Positions 20,146 through 29,911 of a stretch of 64,000 nt of DNA are shown here, one piece after another. The stretch lies in the NCBI GenBank assembly GCA_963663765.2, contig CAXXUA010000005.1, positions 1,184,001 through 1,248,000 of the forward strand. Direction: 5' to 3'. Both the position numbers and the translations under genes were made by a program. Position 1 is the first letter of the stretch; the number at the start of each line of letters is the position of its first letter. The notes under the pieces were generated by a model. That model was not told the origin of the DNA, searched no databases, and worked only from the letters and a program-made list of their open reading frames with translations. This DNA comes from Candidatus Poribacteria bacterium. Lineage in GTDB: Bacteria > Poribacteria > WGA-4E > WGA-3G.

Positions 20146-21195
20146 CTACCAATCCTCATCGTGGTGGTGCTCTTGCAGAGGCGGTCTCACCGGGACATCT
20201 GGTTCTGGACGTTGGTCCAACCACCACGCAAACACGACAACCATACACACAAGCACAATTGCACTAATTGCCATCGGTATACCCACAGTCTTTTCACCAT
20301 CGTCAAGGCGTTCTGCTTGCATACGTATCCTGAAAAGTGCAATAACACCAGACAAAACAGAAATAGCAGCCAACACAAAGTTAGCCTGCCACGGGACACG
20401 GAGAAGGAGGGTGATGAGTGAAATCACAACACATGTCATACTGAATAACGCATACGGGTCATAAGGTAATGTGTCTGTTTCCTCCAATTCGGAAGAATCG
20501 GTGTGTTGACGGGGTGGAACAGGTATTGGTGCATCATCTTGATAAGTCATCTCAATAAGACGTATGAATTCCGCTAACAGTTTCTCCCGTTGAATCCAGT
20601 CAAAGAGTTCTGGATATTCATGGCGAAGCAAAATAGTAAATTCTTGACGTTGCGCGCTGTAATCGGTAAATTCTTCCCAGTCACGTTCCGCAACAGTAGT
20701 GTATGGTTCAGGACCCACGCGGAGTTCATACCCATGTCCAGTAACATAAACAACACTACCGATGTCATCGCGTTGTGCCAGAGTCGTTTCTCCTGAGACA
20801 GTCACCCCAGATTCATCTTCATCCACTACAGCTGCCATGTCACGTTGCTTGAGTGCTTTTGCTGCAGCTTCAGATTGCTTTGTTATCTCGTTATCAGCAA
20901 TAGCCACGTCAATACGACTTACCAATTCCAATGCTGTGACCTCATATTCTGGTGCAACAAACAAAGCAGTTTTCCCTTCTTTTTTCACTGGCAAAGGACG
21001 ACATCGAATCTGTTGTGCCCCCAAAGTCGCTTGAATCAACTTAACTTCCCACTCGTCACTTGTTCGGTAAATCTCAATCCAATTAGAAGTATCTCCGACC
21101 TCTTCATTTATGAATTCAGAAACCTGATTCAATCTTCCTTGACTTATCTGTGATCCTTGTCGAGGATTACGTTGTTTTCCTCTTTCCCTATCCAT
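20146..21195 (-). CDS. Hypothetical membrane protein with DUF2007-like N-terminal domain
   Basis: WIEIYRTSDEWEVKLIQATL...I pattern; three hydrophobic segments at the C-terminus. Confidence 0.7.
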   Translation of the reverse strand: MDRERGKQRNPRQGSQISQGRLNQVSEFINEEVGDTSNWIEIYRTSDEWEVKLIQATLGAQQIRCRPLPVKKEGKTALFVAPEYEVTALELVSRIDVAIADNEITKQSEAAAKALKQRDMAAVVDEDESGVTVSGETTLAQRDDIGSVVYVTGHGYELRVGPEPYTTVAERDWEEFTDYSAQRQEFTILLRHEYPELFDWIQREKLLAEFIRLIEMTYQDDAPIPVPPRQHTDSSELEETDTLPYDPYALFSMTCVVISLITLLLRVPWQANFVLAAISVLSGVIALFRIRMQAERLDDGEKTVGIPMAISAIVLVCMVVVFAWWLDQRPEPDVPVRPPLQEHHHDEDW

Positions 21196-21263
21196 AGCAA
21201 ATCCTATACCAAAGTTTTGATGTTAACATTCCGTGGGATATGAAAAATGCATTAATTATCAAG

Positions 21264-21295
21264 TTATCCACATGTTATCAACATTCTGTCAATAA
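21264..21295. promoter_or_regulatory. DnaA-box cluster
   Basis: TTATCCACA (21264, perfect), TTATCAACA (21275) and inverted TGTCAATAA (21287). Confidence 0.5.
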
Positions 21296-21305
21296 CCGAA
21301 GTACA

Positions 21306-21737
21306 TCAATCTATTGGCTGTTGTATTTTGATGGAACGGATGTTTTCATCTTCCCACGTAATGTGAATTTTAATACAGGTATCGGGCAATCCATCTGCCA
21401 TCCGTTCAGCCCACTCAATAATGCAGATACCATTTCCCTCAATATACTCACTTAACCCAAGGTCTGCTATCTCGGTAGCTGTTTCAAGTCTATATAAATC
21501 TATGTGGTAAATGGGAATCTTCCCATTATATTCGTTGATGAGAATATAAGAAGGACTACTGACAACTTCATCTGGTGCAAGACCAACACCGCCTGCAATG
21601 CCCTGTGTTAAGCATGTCTTTCCTGTGCCGAGATCACCAATCAATGCAATAACGTCACCGGGTTGTAACGTTTTGCCAAGTTTCTCTCCGAGAGCTTGTG
21701 TCTCCTCAGGGCTCTCTGTCCGAAATACCTTTTCCAT
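21306..21737 (-). CDS. tsaE: tRNA t6A biosynthesis ATPase
   Basis: GDLGTGKT, SPSY, HIDLYRL and IIEW motifs; start overlaps the upstream stop (TAATG). Confidence 0.95.
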   Translation of the reverse strand: MEKVFRTESPEETQALGEKLGKTLQPGDVIALIGDLGTGKTCLTQGIAGGVGLAPDEVVSSPSYILINEYNGKIPIYHIDLYRLETATEIADLGLSEYIEGNGICIIEWAERMADGLPDTCIKIHITWEDENIRSIKIQQPID

Positions 21738-23266
21738 TATGCTCCTGCTGCACACCTTAATATATCCTCTTGCGTCAACTTTTCGTTCACAAATTCACCT
21801 GTAATTCTACCTTCATGTAACACCAAAACTCTATCGCTCATTCCCAAAATCTCTGGCAACTCTGAAGATACCAAAACAATAGCAACACCCGCGTCAGCAA
21901 GTTGAGCGGCTAAGGCATGTATTTCTGCTTTTGCCCCCACATCAATCCCACGTGTCGGTTCATCAAGAAAAAGCACTTTCGGACGCGTCATTAGCCATTT
22001 TCCTAAAACGACCTTCTGCTGATTACCACCACTCAACTGTCTCACTGGTACATCAAGCGAAGATGCTTTAATACGCAGTGTATCCACTGAATGCGCACTT
22101 TTCTTATACTCCACTCTTTTGTTGATCACACCGTATGATGTAATCTCACCAGATTCACCGAGACTCGCAAGCGTCATATTCTGGGAAACATCTTTTTCCA
22201 AAATGAGTCCATACCGTTTCCTGTCTTCACTGACCAATGCTATTCCTTGTCGTATCGCATCACGTGGCGAACGAATCTGTAACGCTTTGCCATCTCTATA
22301 AACTTTGCCACTCCACCGACCTGAATATGCACCAAAGATTGTGTTTATCAATTCTGTTCTACCTGCCCCCATCAGTCCCGCGATCCCAAGGATTTCTCCG
22401 CGTCGCACCTCAAAACTGATGTTCTCAAGTTGGGGTGGTTCGGATGGATAGGTAGATAACTCTTCAACTTGTAAAGCAGGTACTGTTTCTGCAGGTGATT
22501 GCACAAAGTGTTCACGTGTCGGAAAAAGGGTTGTCAACTCACGGCCGACCATTTGTGAAATCAGTATATCTTCGGTGCAATCATCTAATGTTTGCGTTGC
22601 CACCGTCTTGCCATCACGTAGCACGGTCACGCGATCAGCAATCTGAAATACTTCTTTGAGCTTGTGTGTAATATAGATGCAGGCAACACCATTATTTCGG
22701 AGCTGCATCAAAATATTATGCAGTATATCAACTTCACTTTTTGTCAATGCTGCTGTTGGTTCGTCAAGCACAAGCAACCGTGCATCACGAGATAACGCTT
22801 TAGCAATCTCAACAAGCTGCTGCTGTCCAATACCGAGTTGATGGACTTGACCCCGTAACGGAATTTCCAACCCAAACTGTGACAACAACTCTCCCGCATC
22901 CCGATATAAACTCGATTTGTCAATTATACCGAAACGTAAAGGTTCTCTACCTAAATAGATATTCTCAGCAACCGTCATCTCAGGAATCAGTGCCAATTCC
23001 TGATGGATTACGGCAATACCAGCGTGTTCTGCATCACGGACGTTACGAAAACGTTGTTCAGCATCGTTGATACGTAACTGTCCCGCATAAGTGCCGAACG
23101 GATGCACCGCACCGAGTATCTTTATCAACGTTGATTTGCCTGCACCATTCTCACCACAAAGTGCGTGTATTTCTCCAGAACGCACCTCAAAATTCACGTC
23201 ATCTAATGCACGCACACCAGGAAAATCTTTCGTGATAGCCTGCATGCTGAGAAGTGGCATTGCCAT
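21737..23266 (-). CDS. Sugar ABC transporter ATP-binding protein (XylG/RbsA type)
   Basis: GENGAGKST, LDEPT, LSGGNQQKV and DEPTRGIDVGAK; two NBDs. Confidence 0.93.
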   Translation of the reverse strand: MAMPLLSMQAITKDFPGVRALDDVNFEVRSGEIHALCGENGAGKSTLIKILGAVHPFGTYAGQLRINDAEQRFRNVRDAEHAGIAVIHQELALIPEMTVAENIYLGREPLRFGIIDKSSLYRDAGELLSQFGLEIPLRGQVHQLGIGQQQLVEIAKALSRDARLLVLDEPTAALTKSEVDILHNILMQLRNNGVACIYITHKLKEVFQIADRVTVLRDGKTVATQTLDDCTEDILISQMVGRELTTLFPTREHFVQSPAETVPALQVEELSTYPSEPPQLENISFEVRRGEILGIAGLMGAGRTELINTIFGAYSGRWSGKVYRDGKALQIRSPRDAIRQGIALVSEDRKRYGLILEKDVSQNMTLASLGESGEITSYGVINKRVEYKKSAHSVDTLRIKASSLDVPVRQLSGGNQQKVVLGKWLMTRPKVLFLDEPTRGIDVGAKAEIHALAAQLADAGVAIVLVSSELPEILGMSDRVLVLHEGRITGEFVNEKLTQEDILRCAAGA

Positions 23267-23350
23267 TTCGTTGATACCCCGATACCAATATTTCCGTTAT
23301 TATAGCAGAAATAGGTGTGGTCCTCAAGATTTTTGTCTTTTACTATACAC

Positions 23351-23515
23351 CAGAGACATTCAATTGTCACAAAACATCTTTGTTGGAGGGGTTTCCTACC
23401 CCGAATTTTCATGCTGGGTATCTGAAATCCAAATCAACGCTGAATGCTCTTTTGGCATTCAGCGGGGTTGGAAACCCCTCCAACAATAACGAAATTCGAC
23501 AATTGAATACCTCTG
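23351..23515. mobile_element. MITE with CAGAG..ATTCAATTGTC TIRs carrying a paired REP
   Basis: CAGAGACATTCAATTGTC / GACAATTGAATACCTCTG; flanks TACTATACAC / TACCATACAC; second copy at 59543-59674. Confidence 0.8.
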
Positions 23516-23590
23516 TACCATACACGCGTGCTCATCTTGACTTTTCCGCTCTCTTCATATATAATACCTTTATGATACAAAAATGTGTAT

Positions 23591-23711
23591 CAGTACTTAC
23601 GCAGTGCCTTTTTTGATAGTGCCCTTAATAAGGGATTTAGGGGTTAAAACCACTGAAATAGCAACTTTTCATACAGAATTTGTCTGTTTTCAACCAAGTT
23701 GCGTAAGTATA
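23591..23711. mobile_element. Degenerate MITE of the ACTTACGCA-ended family
   Basis: CAGTACTTACGCA ... TGCGTAAGTA, immediately upstream of the methylase gene. Confidence 0.55.
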
Positions 23712-23754
23712 ACTCTTTATTACTAAAAAACACCATTAGGAGTGATGTTCTAAA

Positions 23755-25155
23755 ATGTTAACCAAAGCCGACATTGAACATGAGAAATTAAATCAAGAAT
23801 CTTCGTTTTTCAGAACATCCCTTGCACCGACCAATGAGGAGCAACTCCTGCTTTTCACGTTGAAACACCTCGGAAAACTACCTGAAGGGTTTGATGGACA
23901 ATTGCTTGTACCTTTATTGGAACACCTTAATCCGAAAATCCGTTGTCTGGCTATAAAGAATGTAGGCAAATTAAAAGATGAACGTTATTTAAAGAAACTT
24001 ATAAAATTTGCTAAAAACGAGAAAGACACATTTGCACGTCGCGAGGCAGTTTCAGCAATAGGTAGACTCAAATCGGAAAATGCAATTCCAATTTTGACCC
24101 AGTTTATCGTAGACACTGATCCAAAAGTTGTCATGCAAGCATTGCGCGGATTACTTTACTTCAAAGAGCATCATGATGTAAAAACAACATTAACAACCCT
24201 TTCTGAACATCCCAATGAATTGATCAAGGAACAAATTAACCGAGAATTACATTCACATGACCAACCACGTGCATCTAAAATGCAAAATCACCCTACAAGT
24301 CTAAACACGCTAAGAAACGTGATGGTTTGTGCCGATGTTCAGGATGTACTAAAGGTAATTCCTGACGAATCTGTTCATTTAACATTTACCTCACCACCTT
24401 ATTATAACGCACGCGACTATACCATTTTTCCGAGTTATGAAGCATATCTCGATTTTTTGACTGCAGTATTTAAGGAGACACATCGCATTACTAAAGAAGG
24501 AAGGTTTTTTGTCTTGAACACCTCACCTGTGATTGTTCCACGTATTAGTCGCGCACATTCCAGCAAGCGATATGCAATTCCTTATGACATTCACCCCCGA
24601 CTCACCGAAATCGGGTGGGAGTTTATTGACGACATTGTATGGATGAAGCCGGAATACGCTGCAAAAAACAGAAATGGCGGATTTTTCCAGCATCGTAAAC
24701 CCCTTGGGTATAAGACCAATTCAGTTACTGAATGCGTCATGGTGTATCGCAAAAAAACTGATAAATTGATTGACTGGAATATCCGACAGTATGACGACGA
24801 GACTATTACCGCAAGCAAAGTTATGGGTGATTATGAGAAAACGAATGTCTGGCAAATCAATCCTGCTACTGACAAAGTGCACCCCGCAGTTTTTCCACCT
24901 GAATTAGCTGCGCGCGTTGTTCAGTTCTATTCGTTTGAAGAGGATCTCGTTTTTGATCCATTCGGTGGTAGTGGAACTGTAGGACAGGTCGTCCTTGCTC
25001 AAGACAGATATTATTTCCTCTGTGAGAAAGAAGCGGAATATGTTGAACGGGCAAAACAGATACTTGAAACATCATTATTCTCGGGTGTAAATCCAAGATT
25101 CCTTACACTAAATGAATTGCATGCAGAAATTGCGGTGGAGGTACCCAACCTGTGA
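23755..25155 (+). CDS. Beta-class DNA (probably N4-cytosine) methyltransferase with N-terminal HEAT-like repeats
   Basis: TSPPY precedes HPAVFP and DPFGGSGT; N-terminal ~165 aa of HEAT-like repeats (IRCLAIKNVGKL, ARREAVSAIGRL, VVMQALRGL). Confidence 0.88.
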   Translation: MLTKADIEHEKLNQESSFFRTSLAPTNEEQLLLFTLKHLGKLPEGFDGQLLVPLLEHLNPKIRCLAIKNVGKLKDERYLKKLIKFAKNEKDTFARREAVSAIGRLKSENAIPILTQFIVDTDPKVVMQALRGLLYFKEHHDVKTTLTTLSEHPNELIKEQINRELHSHDQPRASKMQNHPTSLNTLRNVMVCADVQDVLKVIPDESVHLTFTSPPYYNARDYTIFPSYEAYLDFLTAVFKETHRITKEGRFFVLNTSPVIVPRISRAHSSKRYAIPYDIHPRLTEIGWEFIDDIVWMKPEYAAKNRNGGFFQHRKPLGYKTNSVTECVMVYRKKTDKLIDWNIRQYDDETITASKVMGDYEKTNVWQINPATDKVHPAVFPPELAARVVQFYSFEEDLVFDPFGGSGTVGQVVLAQDRYYFLCEKEAEYVERAKQILETSLFSGVNPRFLTLNELHAEIAVEVPNL

Positions 25156-26144
25156 CTATTACGGGGGCAGTAATCAAAAATATCATTCAAAGACTTCTTA
25201 CAGGAGAGGATCACCGTTCCGAAATTCTTGCGTTAATTAATGCGGAGTTTTTGCAATATGCCGTTGATTTTTTTAAACGCGTTGCTTGTGCTAAGTTAGA
25301 TAACAAAACTGTGACGGTTGACTGGTACAAAAAGGAATTCCTCAATTCAGATTCATTTTCACCACAAGATGTCGCTATACATTCGGGATTAAATATGAAA
25401 ACTATTACAAATACATACAATTCAGCAAGCAAAAAAATTGTCTTAGAAGCATCTCTAAAACATTATGACACTCTCTATCAAGCCATTAACAGTTTAACTG
25501 AACAGGATGAACTTGATGTGTCTCTCACTATAAATTTTCGCGATGTCAGTGTTGACTTGAACATCAATGAGAGTTTAATCGTTATTAACACACTGGCAGT
25601 CAAACGATCTGCACTCCGTGGAGCATATTGGAGCACATCGGGAAAATAGGTGGAAAAACCTTTAATGGTAACACTCTGTGCACTTTTTCAAGTTCCCATA
25701 AAATGTTATGATCAGAAGAATCTCCCAGAATCGGAACGCGAATCAGATTTCTATCTGTTTGATGAAACTGGAAAGGATTATCCCTGTGAGGTTAAGTTAA
25801 TGGGTAAAGGCAATCCCGAAAGTGCAGATGCCGTATTTGCGCGCGGTGGACGCGTTCTTGTAGCAAATAAACTTTCTGATACCAACAAACAACAGATGAA
25901 TAGAAATAATATCCTTTGGGTGGAACTTCAAACTAAAAACGGATATAAGCGTTTTGAACAAGTCCTGACATCTTTATCAATTCCGTGCCAACCTTTTACT
26001 GGTGATCTACAAGATGCTTTAGAAAAAATCTTTGCCATTATTCTTTCTGATGATGTTCAAGATTCTGTGACCCCAGAATTGCATTTACAAGAAAATTTGT
26101 TTAGTAAAAATACCGATTCAGACGTACTAATTGTATTCGACTGA
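25152..26144 (+). pseudogene. CfrBI-like type II restriction endonuclease interrupted by an in-frame TAG (25647-25649)
   Basis: One reading frame ...INTLAVKRSALRGAYWSTSGK*VEKPLM...ESDF...CEVKLMGKGNPESADA; GTGA overlap with the methylase stop. Confidence 0.82.
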
Positions 26145-26385
26145 AAACCTAAGGTATTGGTTTTCAAGTTTCTTTAGTGCAATTCATAAAACTGACAAAC
26201 ATAGTTACAGAAGATCCCTCAATACACAAGCCATTACAACCCATCTTGACAAACAGTATTAGAACGCGTATTTCTGATTACACAAAAACGATTTTCTATT
26301 AACGAATGTAAACTTTTCTTGACGTAAAATGTATAATATAATATAATAATAGAAAGATATTTGCATTTATGGAGAATACATTACC

Positions 26386-27225
26386 ATGGCTGAAGAAAAA
26401 AACAATGAAATCGTTCATGTAGCGACAGAAGTAGATGACATTGACCAAATTGACGATCAAGCAATTGTTGAACTGATGACAGGCCAAACGATTCAAGACT
26501 ACGTCTACTCTTTCAGACAAGGGGGACGTGTTGTTGAAGGATTAACGTTAGCAGGGATTAATGAAGCAGCGAACCGTCGTGGTGGCATTCAAGTAGACGA
26601 ACTCAATTATGAAGAACAAGATAACTCCTGGATTGCGACTGTCAAAGCAGTAGATACGATTACAGGTAATTCTCGTTGGGGGGCGTATGAGCAACCGAAA
26701 ATGAACGGTAGTCGTCCCGACCCCTACGCGTTCACAAAAGCAGTACACAAAGCACAAAGGAACGCTATCAAACAATTACTACCAGTTCCTGTGATACGCG
26801 AAGTCCTTAACTACTACTTACATAGAAAAGCAGGAGGGACCAACCCCCGTCAACTACCACAACCACAAAAAGCTAACGATAATATCACGAACGCACAAAA
26901 AGCCGCATTCGCAATTGCTAACAAACTTGCAGAACCACTAAAAAAGAAAGGTATTGAAAAAGAAGGTCTTTGGACTTATATCAAACGCAAATACAACGTT
27001 GAATCCCGAAACGACATGACAGAACAGCAATGGACACAACTCTCAGCTGAACTCAAAGCAGCAGAAACTGCGTCAAATCTATTTGATGAACTGTGTAAAC
27101 GTATTCAGCAATTAACTGCAGCAACCGAAGAAAGTGAAGTACCAACCGTGAAGGAAACTGAAGATACTGAAACCGAATATAAAACTGAGACTAAAGATAA
27201 GGAAGCAGATAAAGCACCTTTTTAG
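26386..27225 (+). CDS. Hypothetical protein resembling phage single-strand annealing proteins
   Basis: RBS GGAGA; A.VKAVD..TG.SRWGA and FTKAVHKAQRNAIKQLLP blocks; acidic tail ending PF. Confidence 0.65.
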   Translation: MAEEKNNEIVHVATEVDDIDQIDDQAIVELMTGQTIQDYVYSFRQGGRVVEGLTLAGINEAANRRGGIQVDELNYEEQDNSWIATVKAVDTITGNSRWGAYEQPKMNGSRPDPYAFTKAVHKAQRNAIKQLLPVPVIREVLNYYLHRKAGGTNPRQLPQPQKANDNITNAQKAAFAIANKLAEPLKKKGIEKEGLWTYIKRKYNVESRNDMTEQQWTQLSAELKAAETASNLFDELCKRIQQLTAATEESEVPTVKETEDTETEYKTETKDKEADKAPF

Positions 27226-27259
27226 TCCTATTTTTGAAATTATTGAAAAGGAGTTCATA

Positions 27260-28051
27260 ATGAAAAAATTATTTATAACTATCGCTGTGATTAGTATGTT
27301 TATAGGTATTCCGCTACAGAGTGACGCTAACCCAACGAATGGATTAGTCCTACATCTGAGTTTTGATGAGAATACTATACAAGGCGATACCGTAATGGAC
27401 CAGTCAGGAAATAACAATCATGGAACGATTAACGGTGACGCACTGACCGTTACAGGAAAGCATGGGGAAGCGTTGGAATTTGACGGTGTGGATGACTTTG
27501 TTGAAGTTCCATTGGTAGATTCTGTTACCTTTTCCACTGGTGATTCCCTCACTGTTCAGGTGTGGGTGAAAACAGACGACGAACCACCAAGAAATGATGG
27601 AATTGTTGGCAACTATAGACCAAGCACGAATGCACTATGGTTATTATCTATCAGTGGTGACAACGCAGCACTCCGCGGTCAAATGGGTTTTAGCGTCCGG
27701 GATCAGGCTCGCACCAGTGCTGGAGTCCGGTCTGAGAACTTCCTGAATGATGGCGCATGGCATGTCCTTGCTGGGGTCCGAGACCAAGACGCAAAAAAAC
27801 TACGGTTCTATGTAGATAATGAATTAATTGAGGAAGTTGATGATAATACACAAGACATCAACAGCGGACAGTCAATCTGGATTGGTGAGCATCTAAACCG
27901 ATTTTACAAGGGATTAATTGATGAAGTAAAAATCTGGAATATCGCTCTGACCGCTGCAGAAATTGACCAATCAGGACAGGTGCCATCCTCCGTTGATGCA
28001 ACTGAAAAACTCACAACCACATGGGGAAACATCAAGGCAACACTACAATAA
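27260..28051 (+). CDS. Secreted LamG (concanavalin-like) domain protein
   Basis: Signal peptide; SFDE, DQSGNNNHG, GEALEFDG, WHVLAGV and FYKGLIDEVKIWN; C-terminal VDATEKLTTTWGNIK. Confidence 0.9.
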   Translation: MKKLFITIAVISMFIGIPLQSDANPTNGLVLHLSFDENTIQGDTVMDQSGNNNHGTINGDALTVTGKHGEALEFDGVDDFVEVPLVDSVTFSTGDSLTVQVWVKTDDEPPRNDGIVGNYRPSTNALWLLSISGDNAALRGQMGFSVRDQARTSAGVRSENFLNDGAWHVLAGVRDQDAKKLRFYVDNELIEEVDDNTQDINSGQSIWIGEHLNRFYKGLIDEVKIWNIALTAAEIDQSGQVPSSVDATEKLTTTWGNIKATLQ

Positions 28052-28101
28052 AACCATGGGCAGTGCCTTGTAAATTCAAAGTTTATCCGCATAATTTAGT
28101 C

Positions 28102-28130
28102 GCGGGACATTCGTGTCCCGCCTTTGTTTT
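28102..28130 (+). terminator. Putative intrinsic terminator
   Basis: GCGGGACA-TTCG-TGTCCCGC followed by CTTTGTTTT, downstream of the LamG gene. Confidence 0.55.
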
Positions 28131-28330
28131 CTAAATTGGTCTACAACACATACCGAAAAACTGCTATAAATCTAACAACCTACTTTCTTAGTGGTTCTTT
28201 CGGCAATTAATTTTAGCATAAAATAAAAGTCCAATGCTGAAGAACCCAGTAGTCATCCGTTTAAGTAGGAGATCATCAATGGAAACATATAATAAATACA
28301 TAGCAAGAAAACCACTTAGAGAGAAATCTA

Positions 28331-29038
28331 ATGAATGTATTGATTACCTCCGGACGTTCTGAATTAACACACAAATTAGCAACTACCATCTCTGAATCGC
28401 ATACGATACGACTAACAGAAATTGAACCTGTTGATACCGACTTTGAATTCATTCAGAGTGAGTTAGGACACGACGAATCAACGAATGACTTGGTGAAAGG
28501 CATAGACACAATTGTCCACATTGCTGAAATACCACCTACCCTCTTAGCAAAAGCTTGTGTACCAGAGAGTTTTGAGATTGACTATCAAACACGCTGTACC
28601 TATAACTTATTGATGGCGGCATCCACAGAGGGTGTGAAACACTTTATCTATACCAGTACACTCCGATTGTTTGAACACCACGATGAAGATTGGACCGTCA
28701 AAGAGAATTGGAGACCGCGTCCCAGTACAGATAGTTTTGTACTCTCAAAACACCTCGGAGAGTTTACGTGTCGTGAATTCGCACGAGAGGGAAAAATAAA
28801 TGTAACATGTCTCCGCCTCGGTGTTATTACTACGGCTGAAGAAGCAGCAAATGCGGAGTTCAACTCTATGTGGCTCGAAATGAATGATGCAGTTGCAGCA
28901 TTCCATGGTGCGCTTAATGCACCATCAAGATGGGGTATTTTTCATGTTCAGTCAGAATTCCCTGGTTCCCGTTTCACTATAGGCAAAGCAAAGGGACACC
29001 TGAAATTCAATCCACAATTTGTCCCACCAGAAAAATAA
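28331..29038 (+). CDS. NAD-dependent epimerase/dehydratase family protein (atypical motifs)
   Basis: MNVLITSG, DTIVHIA, YTST; FVLSK in place of YxxxK. Confidence 0.75.
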   Translation: MNVLITSGRSELTHKLATTISESHTIRLTEIEPVDTDFEFIQSELGHDESTNDLVKGIDTIVHIAEIPPTLLAKACVPESFEIDYQTRCTYNLLMAASTEGVKHFIYTSTLRLFEHHDEDWTVKENWRPRPSTDSFVLSKHLGEFTCREFAREGKINVTCLRLGVITTAEEAANAEFNSMWLEMNDAVAAFHGALNAPSRWGIFHVQSEFPGSRFTIGKAKGHLKFNPQFVPPEK

Positions 29039-29080
29039 CAGACACAGCATGTGCTAAACACAAACACTAAGGAAATAACA

Positions 29081-29806
29081 ATGAAAGTTCTTATTTTAGG
29101 CGGTAACGGGTTTCTCGGACCACACGTAGTTAAAGCACTGGCACCTTACTACACCCTGCGCGTAACGGATATCAACGATATTGAAACTAAGCATGAATCC
29201 ATGCATGTTGACGTTGGTTCATTAGAACAGGTGTTGAAAGCAGCTAAAGGGATGGATACTATTATAAACTGTTCAGTGCTTCGTCATGACCGCCAGTTAG
29301 CATTTGATGTGAGTACACGTGGAGCTTATAATACGATGCGTGCTGCTGTTGAACACGGAATCCGCCGCGTCATCAACACCGGTCCACACTTCACCATCCA
29401 AGGCGATGCCTACACCAGTTGGGATTACGAGATTAACCCTGATGTACCACCCAAAACAAGCACAGGTCTTTATCCACTAACTAAAGGACTAGGACAGGAA
29501 ATCTGTAAAGTCTTTACTGAACATTATGATATTTATGTCCTCTGCTACCTTTTTCTTAGTTTTCAGGAACTCAATTATGAGAAAGAAGGCACTGATCTCA
29601 ACCCATTTTCCGTCAGTTGGCGTGATGCAAGTGAGGCGTTTCGATTAGGATTAGAAATTGATTTGGAAGCTTTGCCATCAAGGTGTGAGATTTTCAACAT
29701 CTTTGCTGACTTGCCGCATCAGCAGTTCTCAAATGTCAAAACAAAACGAATTTTAGGATTTAATCCCCAGGATAATTTTGAGTGGATGTGGCATAAGAAA
29801 AAGTGA
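29081..29806 (+). CDS. NAD-dependent epimerase/dehydratase (uronate-dehydrogenase-like)
   Basis: GGNGFLG and YPLTK motifs; ATG at 29081 with AAGGA RBS. Confidence 0.85.
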   Translation: MKVLILGGNGFLGPHVVKALAPYYTLRVTDINDIETKHESMHVDVGSLEQVLKAAKGMDTIINCSVLRHDRQLAFDVSTRGAYNTMRAAVEHGIRRVINTGPHFTIQGDAYTSWDYEINPDVPPKTSTGLYPLTKGLGQEICKVFTEHYDIYVLCYLFLSFQELNYEKEGTDLNPFSVSWRDASEAFRLGLEIDLEALPSRCEIFNIFADLPHQQFSNVKTKRILGFNPQDNFEWMWHKKK

Positions 29807-29911
29807 TTTCTGCCTGAGTTTTCTTCATATTCTCATCATTTGCATTTACACAAAAATCTATGTTAAACTCATCAAAAACTGATGTGAAACATAACTTCAG
29901 GTGGAGAAGAA

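Noticed and set aside
25647-25649. Genome-wide TAG recoding or pyrrolysine
   Set aside because: TAG ends several conserved genes at their expected positions, and no pyl genes are present in the window.
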